From NCBI GenBank assembly GCA_946965045.2, contig OX337233.1, forward strand, positions 2,480,001 through 2,544,000: a DNA stretch of 64,000 bases, given 5' to 3'. The stretch's first letter is position 1. Each line of letters begins with the position of its first letter. The notes beneath the pieces were generated by a model. The model saw only the letters and a program-made list of their open reading frames with translations. It was not told the DNA's origin and searched no databases. Below, piece by piece: positions 10,301 through 20,700 of the stretch. A program made the position numbers and the translations under genes. Source of the stretch: Epithemia pelagica. Its lineage: Eukaryota; Protista; Bacillariophyta.

Positions 10301-11054
10301 CTAAGAAATCGGCCCAACAATCAACGAAACTTGTGGTGGCTTCACCCTCCGTTTCTCTTTCTGCAACATGAATCCATGATATCAAGTCGGTCACTCCTCC
10401 CAACTCCGAGTGACTGATCCTCATGCATGATTTTCGCCATTTGCTGCAAGGGTATTGTCCATCAGCCGGCGGACCAGAACCCTTGCGACCACCTATCCAA
10501 AACACCAAACGAACTCCATCCATTGACCAAACTGGATGATTTGGACTTGGACACAGGCCCCCTTCGAAGAATACCACATCAACTTGCGAACGCTTCAACC
10601 AATCTCTTGGTTCGACAAACAATATGCGTTGCTTCTTGCATCCTCGGTTCTTGGTCAACTTTGAGTCCTGCGGTATTGCCAACTTCTTCCATTCTTCCGC
10701 CCCTGTTTCATCCTCTATCTCCTCAATGTTTGCCACATCAATCCACTCTATTGACTCAAGTGCCGAGACTGCCCAGAACCAAAAGGGGGTCCCCACACTT
10801 GCCAAACCAATCCGCCACTTTCCTTTTCCTACACCCAAACTTGCAATCTTTCTCTCTGCAACCCCCATTGGCGAATGTTCGCTCATGTCGAGATCTACTT
10901 TACGTTTTGCCACTCGCCGATTGTCTACAAGCCTTTCAACATTCATATTCATCTCGCCAATTCGTTGCTCACCAATCAACTTTTCCTCGCCATTTCTTTT
11001 CGCCCTTTTCCTGACATGTTCCATCTTCCCTTCCTTTTCCATCTCACAATACAC
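7186..11054 (-). CDS. Pol of the DIRS element: degenerate C5-MTase-like domain, RT, RNase H, Dam-like MT remnant; 1-nt frameshift in the A6 tract at 7437-7432
   Basis: RT: FFSVPKGEDDIRMVYDGT, DFGEMFLNF, MGLTTSPY, YVDDLR. RNase H: FGDASG, SNFREL, FTDNSTAE, GTDGLSRG. Then WVPPPA..P.LMS.RWR, continuing in the 7186-7467 frame. Confidence 0.92.
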
Positions 11055-11063
11055 CCGTGACGG

Positions 11064-13447
11064 TCAAGCCTTGTCCTTCTTTCCGTTCTTGTTTGAAGCT
11101 GCTACGGCCGAGTTCACTGACCTCTGCAACTTGTCAAGACGATCCTCCACACTGGACTTCAAGCCATCGAATTTTGACCGAGGAGTGGCGAAACGAATGA
11201 GGTGCTCATGAAGGATGAGCGCTATCTTGGGGTGGCCACTAAACTCCGCCACTCGATACTCCTGCATCACCTCATGAGCCCTCAACGTTCCCCACAACAT
11301 ACCCGCCGGGGTATTCGAAGCTCTTCCCGGTGCTCGGGCCTCCCGCAGACTTTTGAAAACTGCCCGCACGCAATGCGAGATCAGAATCCACACCTCCTGC
11401 TCGCTTGCCTCGCTCTCGGCCTGGACCTGGCGATGATACCTCACCATCCAGTGGCAGAGGTCATCCCAGAAGGCCTTGCTGAGGTGGAGCATTTCCTTCG
11501 CCACGCTTGACGGCTCTGTCCCAAACGCAAACAATTCACCTATGGCTTGATCCAGCGTTTGTCGACCATCGCGAACATAATCCAGAATGCGCTGATGAAT
11601 ACCTTCGCGGCCTGACGGAGGATGGAAATCCTCAAACTTCGGAACTCCGCCAAGAGCGCGCGAATTCGTCGTCATGCTCTGGTCTGAACCCTTGCCCAAC
11701 AACGGGGGGACCTCCAAATTGAAAGACGCGATGTAAGCCGTATGGTAGGGAGTTTTATCCCTTACCTTGGCTGTGGTGGCACGAAGATTTGCCGCACGTT
11801 CTTCATCCAAGCTTGTATCGGAAGTGGCTAACGACAACAGCGACACTGCATCCACAAAAACATGGGGATCACCCAGAGCATCATGCAAGGTAAGCCAAGA
11901 AAGACAAAACATCCGGGAAGGGAACACAATCGAGCCAACCGTGATGGCCTCGTTATCTATTTGTTCCTGTAGATCCTTGAATTCCGTTCGAAGCACCGTC
12001 ATCTCTTCCTTCATTCGTTGAAGCTCCTCTTTCAAAACCGTCGTGACAGACGACATGCCTGTGGGACTCGTCGAAACTGGAGCACCCGTCGAAGCTGCCG
12101 GTCCAACACTCCCTCCCAGCACTGCTCCCACTGAACCCCCACCAATCGTCCAACCGAACATGCCTCCACTCCCAGACGACAATCCACCGGCGCCATTTGC
12201 CTGGCTACCAGCAAACTGCTGCGAACGTTCCAAATTTTCCATCCTTCCTTTTAACTCCTGCAAAAGATCGTCCCACTTTCCTCCCGGATTAGACTTGTCC
12301 TTGGTGGATTTGGACAATAGCGCCAACGTCGGGTTCACGAATTGTTTCCGAAAATCACCCTGCTCCGAGAAGAACGTCTCCAGCTCGGCCTTTACTTCGG
12401 CCTTTACCACGGCTTTCAACAAATCGGCCTCTCTTTCGAGAGACTCCAATCGCGCAGACAACTCGGGAGCAACCGCCTGAGAACCCAAACGCTTTTCGAC
12501 TAGATCTTGAATGGAACGCATGGTTGCGGTACAATGCTGCAAAACTGAGAAAGCCGAATCAGTACCGAACTCTTCTGGACGCCGACCCAACAATGAATGG
12601 AGGACCGATAACTTGACATTGAGCTGTTCAATGGCTTCCTCTTGTTCCTCTTCTACCATCTTGCGCTTGTGGGACGAACGCTGACAATCATCACGCAAAA
12701 GATTGACGTTGTCAACCAAATTACTCCATGCACCACTCTGCAAGATCTTGACGGAGGGAGTTGGCTGCTGAGAACCAATGTCCGTTGGCACCTCTTTCCA
12801 AGGGAGGGATGAACGGCCGACTGGAGTCTTCAGTCCCACTTCACCCAACTCATCAAGTTCCACTACCTCCTCGTCACTATCACTCCCCGACACAGTTCCA
12901 ACCTTCACCCGCTTAGCAGGCTTGGGTGTCATAGCAGCAAACTTAACTTCTGCCTTCGTGTTCGCCATCACCTTAGCTGCAATTGTAGGACTCACAGTAT
13001 CGCCCGCCTCGCGGGCAACGTCTTGTAGAGATGCGAACGTGGCTTGCCAACTCTCGAGGGATCGCGGACTCAACTCGAGTTCACTCCAGTCCACATCCCG
13101 AACACACGAAGCCGGAAGAACAGGTTGACAGAAAATCGTATCTGCCGCGTCGGAATTGGAAGAGACGCTACCACCCCGAATAAATATACCAGCAGAGTCA
13201 TCCCCCACCAAAGAAGCCCAGTCTTGTTTGCGAGCCGAATGCGAAGCCACGGAACAATCGGAACGAACACACACTCGCTGCCCCGCACCAATGATGCCGC
13301 GGCATAACAACTCAAAACTAGGTTGTTCGAAACGAACAATACCGTAGAGAGAACCCGAACGAAGGGCCCCCCCCCCCCGGTCACAGACTCACCTGACGAC
13401 CCCACAGAAGGAGAAGAATCCGGAGTACTTCCCCACTCAAACTTCAT
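11064..13447 (-). CDS. ORF1 (Gag-like) of the DIRS element; probable ATG at 13447, frame broken at the G12 tract (13378-13367)
   Basis: 748-aa ORF 13310-11064 with N-terminal C-x10-C-x4-C-x4-H and coiled-coil regions. It has no ATG of its own at the 5' end; upstream MKFEWGSTPDSS... joins in frame if the G tract is 10 or 13 nt. Confidence 0.8.
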
Positions 13448-13607
13448 GATAAACGATGACACGAATGAGGTGGATGGCACGGCCGAACAGGGAGGAAAAC
13501 GAAAAAACCGAAGCGAAAGAAGCAGAATACACCTAATCAATGGGTGATCAAATCCTTGATGACTGCGCACCTTCTTCTTTCCAACAATTTATGATTGCTG
13601 AACTTTT

Positions 13608-13639
13608 GTTGGGACAGTCATTCAAATGACTGTCCCAAC
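13608..13639. other. Perfect 15-bp hairpin in the 5' UTR of the DIRS element
   Basis: GTTGGGACAGTCATT-CA-AATGACTGTCCCAAC. Confidence 0.85.
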
Positions 13640-14288
13640 GAACTCTCTCGACCTGAGTACTCGTTGGGATCGATGTCTTCTCTGCGTTCGTCCGTCGGTC
13701 CCTTCTTGACCGGAGCGGTACGATGCGTACCCCAGACTTAACTTCCCAACTTATAGTCAAATATACCAATCTCAGGCTTTTTGACTTCAATACCCTGATT
13801 GATTCCCTCTTTAACGCGACTGATCACTTTTTACATAATATCCGGGACTCATCGAGAAGTTTTCTACGATCACGACCAATCGACCGTTATAATATGTCAC
13901 CTGCAGGGAAAAACTGGCTATGCGTGCAGCCGGCGCGAAGACGATTTCTTGTTCATTTTGACCCCTTTCTTCGATTGACCATGGGGAAAAAATATTACAA
14001 TAGAATCTAAATTCATCATATACTAGCTACCAATTTATATCTCAAACAGTTATGCCGTACAAGGCACCATGGTAGCCACCTCATGCAATGCGTGCACGGC
14101 CGCCCCTTTTTGGACCATTGTTCGCATTACTCATTTAATCTTGATCACGGCCTTCAAACCCGGATGTAAAACTTCGACAATGATTCTCTCTGATGAAACG
14201 GCATGGTGAAAGTTGTTTTAACATCAATATGTTCTTTCTATTACTCTCTTTATCTACTTGATAGACTAAAAACGGATACTAGATCGGA

Positions 14289-14591
14289 CCGATCCAAAGA
14301 TCACCACCATTTTCATGCTTTTCCTAAGTACGAGATTGGTGACAAATCGATTTTTTAGCGTACATATGTCGTTGTCAAACGGTGGTTGGTCGCTCATAGG
14401 GCCCTTCTCCATTCGCACGGATTTCGACATGGGGCATTTTGCTCCGATCTAAAGATCACCACCCATGCTTTTCCTAAGTACGAGATTGGTGACAAATCGA
14501 TTTTTTAGCGTACATATGTCGTTGTCAAACGGTGGTTGGTCGCTATAGGGCCCTTCCCCATTCGCACGGATTTCGACATGGGGCATTTTGC
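14289..14591. repeat. Tandem duplication, ~150-bp unit x2
   Basis: CATGCTTTTCCTAAGTACGAGATTGG...GGGGCATTTTGC starts at 14314 and 14464, near-identical copies. Confidence 0.9.
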
Positions 14592-14612
14592 CAAGGCGCA
14601 CCCCATATACAT

Positions 14613-14939
14613 TCAGCTAGGAGTATGTCTAGAGGACCAATCCAGTCTATGTTTTGTTTCTTTCAGTGCCTGCTTCCACACACGATCCAACAAGGACTTG
14701 TGTTTCAATACCTCAAATACTTGAGCGTAAGTTTGTTTGGAACATATCAGTTGCCCGGTATCCTTGTCGTACACAATGGATTTGAGACCCTTGCCATGAT
14801 TCCAGACTTGATTCAAGATACGAGCCGCCGGTGCATAGGGAGAAGTGGAACCGGAGGATGGACGAGACGATGCAGCAGACTTTATCTTTTTGGCTTTACC
14901 AGAAGCAACTTTGGCATGACTCTTTGGCACCATGGCCAT
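14613..14939 (-). CDS. Small basic hypothetical protein (108 aa), divergent from JMJD7
   Basis: ATG-initiated ORF MAMVPKSHAKV...; no recognisable domain. Confidence 0.3.
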   Translation of the reverse strand: MAMVPKSHAKVASGKAKKIKSAASSRPSSGSTSPYAPAARILNQVWNHGKGLKSIVYDKDTGQLICSKQTYAQVFEVLKHKSLLDRVWKQALKETKHRLDWSSRHTPS

Positions 14940-15107
14940 AACGAGATGTAGAAAGACAAAAACCTGTCTCGAGATTTTCGGTGGTTGTGAGATTTGGTGG
15001 TTGTGAGAATGCGTGGTCAGTGAAAAGTGGCAATGGCACGAAGTTTCGTGGTCGCGGATACGAAGATCCACTCGCGCACAAAAACAGGTACTCCTAGATT
15101 TTTTACC

Positions 15108-16577
15108 ATGGCGACCAACGGCAATCGTACTCCTAGCAACCAGGATGGCAGCAACGACACCCATAAACAAAAAAGAGGAGGGGAAGTACTCTTTGCGTCT
15201 GCCAAAGCCCTGGATAGTTTTCAGGAGGATGTGAGCTACCTCTGGTGTTTTGGTGGTTCGTCTTCCATTCCGATCTACGACCATCCGCCCTCCACGGTGG
15301 ATTTTTTGCGACAGCACGTGGCCATGAGTCGACCGTGTATCATTCGAAATGCCATTCCATCCTTTCCTCCAGTGACAGTCGAGGACTTGTTGGATCAGGC
15401 ACCCTCCCATCTCATGATGCAGGTGGACGTGACACCCGATGGCCATGGAGATTGTTTGCGTCAAACCACCGTACAATATCCAAAAGAACAGAACACAGCA
15501 GGTGGCAACCAGAACCACAACAATGCCCCTGTGTTTGTCAAGCCCATGCCAGTGAAAATGTCACTGGCCACCTTCGCCAAGCATTTACGACGACAACGAC
15601 CATCTGCAAAGCAAGACCACAACGAACCATACGACCAGAACGAGGAACCCTCAGAGTCGTTTCGTGATCGAATCTTTCCAGTGGTCGACCAAAGAGAGCA
15701 CGTCCTTGTCGAGAAGGTTGACGAAGACGACAGTGATACGGATCGAATCGAGTCCATGTTGGAATCTTCCGTTTTGTACTATTCTCCACAAAACGATTGT
15801 TTGCGCCAGGAATTGACCCCCTTGTGGAAGATATGGACCACACAGTATGGTGTGCCCGCCTCCTTTCCTTGGGCACACGAGGCGTTTGGTGTCACGGAAC
15901 CCGAGGCTGTGAATTTGTGGATTGGTAATGAACAGGCAGTTTCGTTTTGGCACAAGGATCACTACGAAAATTTATTCCATGTACTATCGGGGGAAAAGGT
16001 CTTTACCCTTTGCCCTCCCGCCGATGCACCATACTTGCCCGAACACCCCGTCCCCAGTGGACAATTTCGCTATCGTCGTCGTCCTCCCACTACCAATGAC
16101 AACAATAACAAAGAGCAACAGCAACGACAACAACCGTCACCCTACGAGTGGGCTGTACAAATGGACTATCAAGAGGAGAAGAACAAGGACGGTAGCACTA
16201 CCAAAGAACCCGTCATGGTCCACTGGATTGCCACCGATCCCTGCGAATCGAACAACTCTCCCAATCCCTTAGACGCAGCTCCCTTGGGTGACGACGCTCC
16301 CTTTCAGAACCACCCACCACCACAGAATCAGCAGAAACAACTAGGGCGAGCTCATCCACTCCGTGTCACCGTCCAAGCGGGACAAATCTTGTATTTGCCC
16401 TCCTTGTGGTTTCATCACGTGACTCAAACCTGTGAAACGGTGGCCATGAATTATTGGTACGAAATGAACTTTGAATCTCCTCTGTGGTGTTATTTTCATT
16501 TTCTTCAACAGTTGCGACCATCCATGAACCAACCACCATCACGACGACAACAACAAGAAGAAGAAACGATCGAGTAA
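15108..16577 (+). CDS. JMJD7: JmjC-domain protein 7-like 2-oxoglutarate/Fe(II) oxygenase
   Basis: EAVNLWIG, WHKDHYENLFHVLSGEKVFTLCPP (HxD), LYLPSLWFHHV (H), NYWYEM. An alternative ATG exists at 15033. Confidence 0.88.
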   Translation: MATNGNRTPSNQDGSNDTHKQKRGGEVLFASAKALDSFQEDVSYLWCFGGSSSIPIYDHPPSTVDFLRQHVAMSRPCIIRNAIPSFPPVTVEDLLDQAPSHLMMQVDVTPDGHGDCLRQTTVQYPKEQNTAGGNQNHNNAPVFVKPMPVKMSLATFAKHLRRQRPSAKQDHNEPYDQNEEPSESFRDRIFPVVDQREHVLVEKVDEDDSDTDRIESMLESSVLYYSPQNDCLRQELTPLWKIWTTQYGVPASFPWAHEAFGVTEPEAVNLWIGNEQAVSFWHKDHYENLFHVLSGEKVFTLCPPADAPYLPEHPVPSGQFRYRRRPPTTNDNNNKEQQQRQQPSPYEWAVQMDYQEEKNKDGSTTKEPVMVHWIATDPCESNNSPNPLDAAPLGDDAPFQNHPPPQNQQKQLGRAHPLRVTVQAGQILYLPSLWFHHVTQTCETVAMNYWYEMNFESPLWCYFHFLQQLRPSMNQPPSRRQQQEEETIE

Positions 16578-16674
16578 CTCGTTCCAAAAGTCCTTTCTGG
16601 TTGCCGAGCCGGACAAAAGTGCTCTCCGCAATTCAAGACTTTTCCAGTCGCGGTTGTCATCAGAATTGATCTAC

Positions 16675-17421
16675 CTACGCCTGTTTGCTGTTGTTGTGTG
16701 CCGATTTGTTGTTGTTGTTGTTGTCATTCTTGTCCTTGTCTTCGTTGGGATTCAGAAAGTAGAGAGTGACAATAAACTTCTTATTGTCCTTATCCCAGAA
16801 GGTGACAAATCGCGATTCTCCTCGATCAATGGGTTCATTGGGAATTTTAAAGGCCACAGTATCATACGGTTCGGCGGCAAACAAGAGGTATTGGTATCGT
16901 CGATCGGGAGGCGATTCCACCCTCTGTTCAAAGGCACTCATAAATCGATGACGGGGTTGTAAGCCGTCTTCAATTTCCGGATACAATAATTCAAAAGACA
17001 GGCACCGTTGATTGGTTTCCTCCTCACGACTTTTAAAGACTTGATAGGCGGGACGACCAATTCGAATTTTTTTGCGGCGCGGTTCGTCAACGGTCGGTTT
17101 CGTGGTAGGAACCACGGTGCAGGCAGCCGTACCATCTCGTTCCGCCTTGAGTTTGTCCAAGTAGGCTCGTCGGGCCAATCCGGCTTGGTGCTTCTTGCCT
17201 TGTGTATGGGCCAAATAGTTGGCTTCATCACGATGCAAGGTCAAACACAATTTGCATTCGTAGGATCCCAAATGATTACGGACCAAATAGGGGTCCTTGG
17301 CCAAATCAATGGATTCCAAAGCCAATTGTTTCAATCGTTCCTTGCGTTCTCGTTCCGCTTGTTGCGTACTGCTAACGCCCCCTCCCCCAAATTTGGAACC
17401 TACCCGATTTTGACGATCCAT
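16675..17421 (-). CDS. SF3A2: Splicing factor 3A subunit 2 (SAP62/Prp11)
   Basis: RERLKQLALESIDLAKDPY, YECKLCLTLH..YLAHTQGKKH (U1-type Zn finger), QPRHRFMSAFEQRVE, AAEPYDTVAFKIPN. Confidence 0.96.
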   Translation of the reverse strand: MDRQNRVGSKFGGGGVSSTQQAERERKERLKQLALESIDLAKDPYLVRNHLGSYECKLCLTLHRDEANYLAHTQGKKHQAGLARRAYLDKLKAERDGTAACTVVPTTKPTVDEPRRKKIRIGRPAYQVFKSREEETNQRCLSFELLYPEIEDGLQPRHRFMSAFEQRVESPPDRRYQYLLFAAEPYDTVAFKIPNEPIDRGESRFVTFWDKDNKKFIVTLYFLNPNEDKDKNDNNNNNKSAHNNSKQA

Positions 17422-17788
17422 CGCTAGTAGGAGTATTGATTATTGCTGCTTTGTTCTTCTGGCGTTCTCTCGTCGTTTGTCTCGGCAGCAGCGAGATCCT
17501 GAAATGGAGACGCGTGGCACTGTGGTTGGGGCAGAGGTGGGACTTGTAATCTCCATCTGCAGAATGAATCATCCTCCTTTATATGCTTGAATAAAACCTT
17601 GTTCATCTCTCTGGAGAGTGAGTTTTCTTCTGAATGCTCTTGAGTCGCACATGCCACCGAACGAGTCTCTCTCTCGTTGAACGATGCGACGATGAGATGA
17701 AAACGATTCCCTAATACACCACCACAAGAGCAGAGCAAAAGAAGCATTCTTGTTTGTTTTCTGTGTCGGTGGGTGTTTGTGAGACAGC

Positions 17789-20700
17789 ATGTCAGCCTTG
17801 TCGGAAACCAAAGCGACAACCGTAACTACAATGTCGTCGTCGTCGTTTTCCTTGCGAGCCAATGCACCCGACTTTTGTCCTTCTTCTTCTTTGTCGTACC
17901 ATCAGTTCGAGATGGTCTCCTCTTCCTCCCCCACAGCTTCAACAACAGACCTTATCCACACACATGCTCCACAGGTCATGTCCTCGTCATTCCCCGTGTC
18001 GTCAAGTGTACAAAAGGATCATCACCATCAAGAGCCGCCACCAAGACAACGACATTCACAGCGACGACGACGACCACACAAACAAAGACAAGAACAACCG
18101 AAAACACACCATGCAGCTCGTCGAGAACCGAAACCCTCGGACAAGAATCAGAGCGAACCTCACCACTCCGACAACACAAAGGCCCAACATCGCAACCACC
18201 ACAACCACAAGAGAAACAAACAAAACAACCATCACCCGACCCAATCCAATCCAGACAGCAGAAGGTCGACCGAACAACGACAAGGACGTGGACGACAAAG
18301 AGAAAGAAGGCAAGGAAAACAAAAACATCAAGGGTCTCGACCATGCACGAATGCCAATTCTGAAAAGGACCAAAGAGAGGCACGAGACAGGAGGACCAAC
18401 AAGAGTCCACCTGTAGAGTGGGAGGACTCCACTGCTGTAACTACCGTCCTTTGGGAAGAATCGACCGCTTTTCCCGAGCTGGTCGCCACCACTGTCAACA
18501 ACAACCAGGAGGACACGGCCAAATTATTCGAGCATACTACCACACAACAAGGAGAAGAGATCCACACGAAAACGAACACGGCGACGACATGTTGGTCCCA
18601 GGCGGTTCCCCAATCCCTCTTTGCTCTTCCACAAGACGATCCATTGGTCCAGCCGAAAGATTTATTAGACGACGGGATCTCCACCACACAGAAGACCGAA
18701 TTGCCTGCCTCCCATCTACTTCAAGATTCGTCGTCCCTGGTTCCCTTGACACTGTTATCATCCAAAAAGAACAAGACAAGAGTCAAAAACTTGAAACGAA
18801 TAGGTCAGCTCTCCAGATCCACAGCCAGTGTCAGTGGACCACAAGTCGTGGAAACAAAGGATGACCAACAGACTCCATCGCCACCATCACCACCATCACC
18901 ACTCGACTTGGACCTTTCAACCACAGAAAGGGTGGAGTCGACCGGAAACCCAACACAAGCAACAAGCCCGCCAAATCCACTGGGACGACGACGGCGTTTC
19001 AATATGACACGTTTAAGAGATCGTTGGTGGGACATTCTCAACAATTTACCGCAAGGTGATCCAGTTCTGTCCAAGAACATGCTGCCACTCGAGGAGCACC
19101 ATGCCAACATGCAAGACGATGATGACGACACCAGTGTGGATGACAATGCGTCCCCCGTCCCTCTCAACACTCAGTACCAGTCTTCCTTTCTGAGTTCCAT
19201 GGAGCAACCACCACTTGCGTCGCACTGGATGGACTACCCATATCCTATCCATGAAGCAATCAGGCAAAATGATGAAATGGCATTACGAACCTTACTTTCC
19301 ACCTCCTCCATGCCGTTTCATGCTGACAGGGGACTGGAGTCGAAGGATGACCAGGGTATGTCGGCACTTGCACTGTCAATGCAGTTGCATCGTCCGCAGC
19401 TTTTGGCAATTTTGCTGCAATCTACTCGGGAACATGCTCTAACACCTCATGTCATCCATAAAAAGCATCACAACAAAGGAACCAAAATCACGCCCAAACA
19501 TTACATGCTCCGACATGCACTGCACATGGCCGTATCCAATGGCAATGAAGAGTGCGCGGTCGTATTTTTGGATTTCAATATTGCCAGTGTCTTGGCCAAG
19601 AATGACACGACAGACGACACACCCATTCACTTGGCCTGTCGTTCCTCTGCTCCTATTGGAATCTTGTACCAATGTCTCAAACGCATGGACAATGCCATGA
19701 CTACCAAAGTCATGTCCCAAAAAAACAAAAAGGGTCAAACCCCACTTCACGTGGCCTGTGCCAGTGGCCGTGTCGACTTGGTAGAAGCCTTTCTCACTCA
19801 TTGCTCTTATTCTCTCCTGTCCAAAGTCTTGTCGGTGCAGGATGCTGAATGGCAGACGCCACTCCTTGCTGCCGTGGCTTCTGGTTCGGTCGATGTTGTC
19901 ATGGGCTTGCTCATGTGGAAAGGCAACAATCACAAACGCATCCAAGAAGGCGGTGCCAAGGGTCATTGTGCCTTGTCGTGGGCCGTCCGAGCACGCAATG
20001 TCGAAATGACTCTGCTTTTGTTGGAGTTTAATGACAGTTCATCGTCCTTGCTGCCTTCTGTCTCGACGACGACAACAACAACAACCCACGGGAGTGTCAA
20101 CAGTGCCACTGCCAATCAGGGATACAATCTCGTTCATTCCTTGTACATGGCCGTCCGCATGATGCAACAAGAAATGGCACCCTGCGATTCGGTGCAGCTC
20201 GAGCTAATCCGAGTCTTGGTCGATGCAGGTGCCAATCCGTATTCCAAAGAGACACCGTCCGGAGAATGTGCACTTGTTTTGGCCACAGAAACCGCATTGG
20301 ACTCTGTCGTGGTCCAAATCATGGTCACATCGTACGACGCCTATTTGGACACGATACAAAAAGCTCGTCGACGAGATCCCTTTTTGCGGAAACAACCCGA
20401 ATCGTTCTTCCGCGGCTTGGAGGCACAAGAAGAAGGCACTCGTGTTGCGGCAGTACGGGAAGCACTCCTGGTCGCCTTGTATCGGGCATGGACAACCACC
20501 GAGGACGCTTCTGATGGCTTCATTGCCATTGCCTTGACATTACTTCAAAGGGGCCACGTCAAGCTGGATGCAACGTCGGTAGACCGTTTAAAACACGCTT
20601 TGCAGACTGTGGATCGATCGTGTTTGGTCTCTGAAAGCTGCTTTGCAACAAAGCAAATGACTCTCGAAGCATCGTACCAACATCCGACTAAGGAGAATCC

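Larger units (their letters stand above)
5198..13797 (-). mobile_element. DIRS-type tyrosine-recombinase retrotransposon (ORF1 - [C5-MT-like]-RT-RH-MT - YR) with imperfect inverted termini
   Basis: Minus-strand ORF1, RT/RNase H and YR ORFs. CAGGGTATTGAAGTCA (5198-5213) is the exact reverse complement of 13782-13797, with further matching islands (TTTGACT.TAA, AAGACATCGA) at similar offsets. Exact ends are uncertain. Confidence 0.85.

Noticed and set aside
14185-14225. CTGATGA...GAAA resembling a hammerhead ribozyme core
   Set aside because: Stem II barely pairs and no stem I/III with an NUH cleavage site can be built.
14940-15518. N-terminal extension of the 301-aa minus-strand ORF
   Set aside because: Antisense to the JMJD7 coding sequence; only the portion from ATG 14939 is kept, at low confidence.
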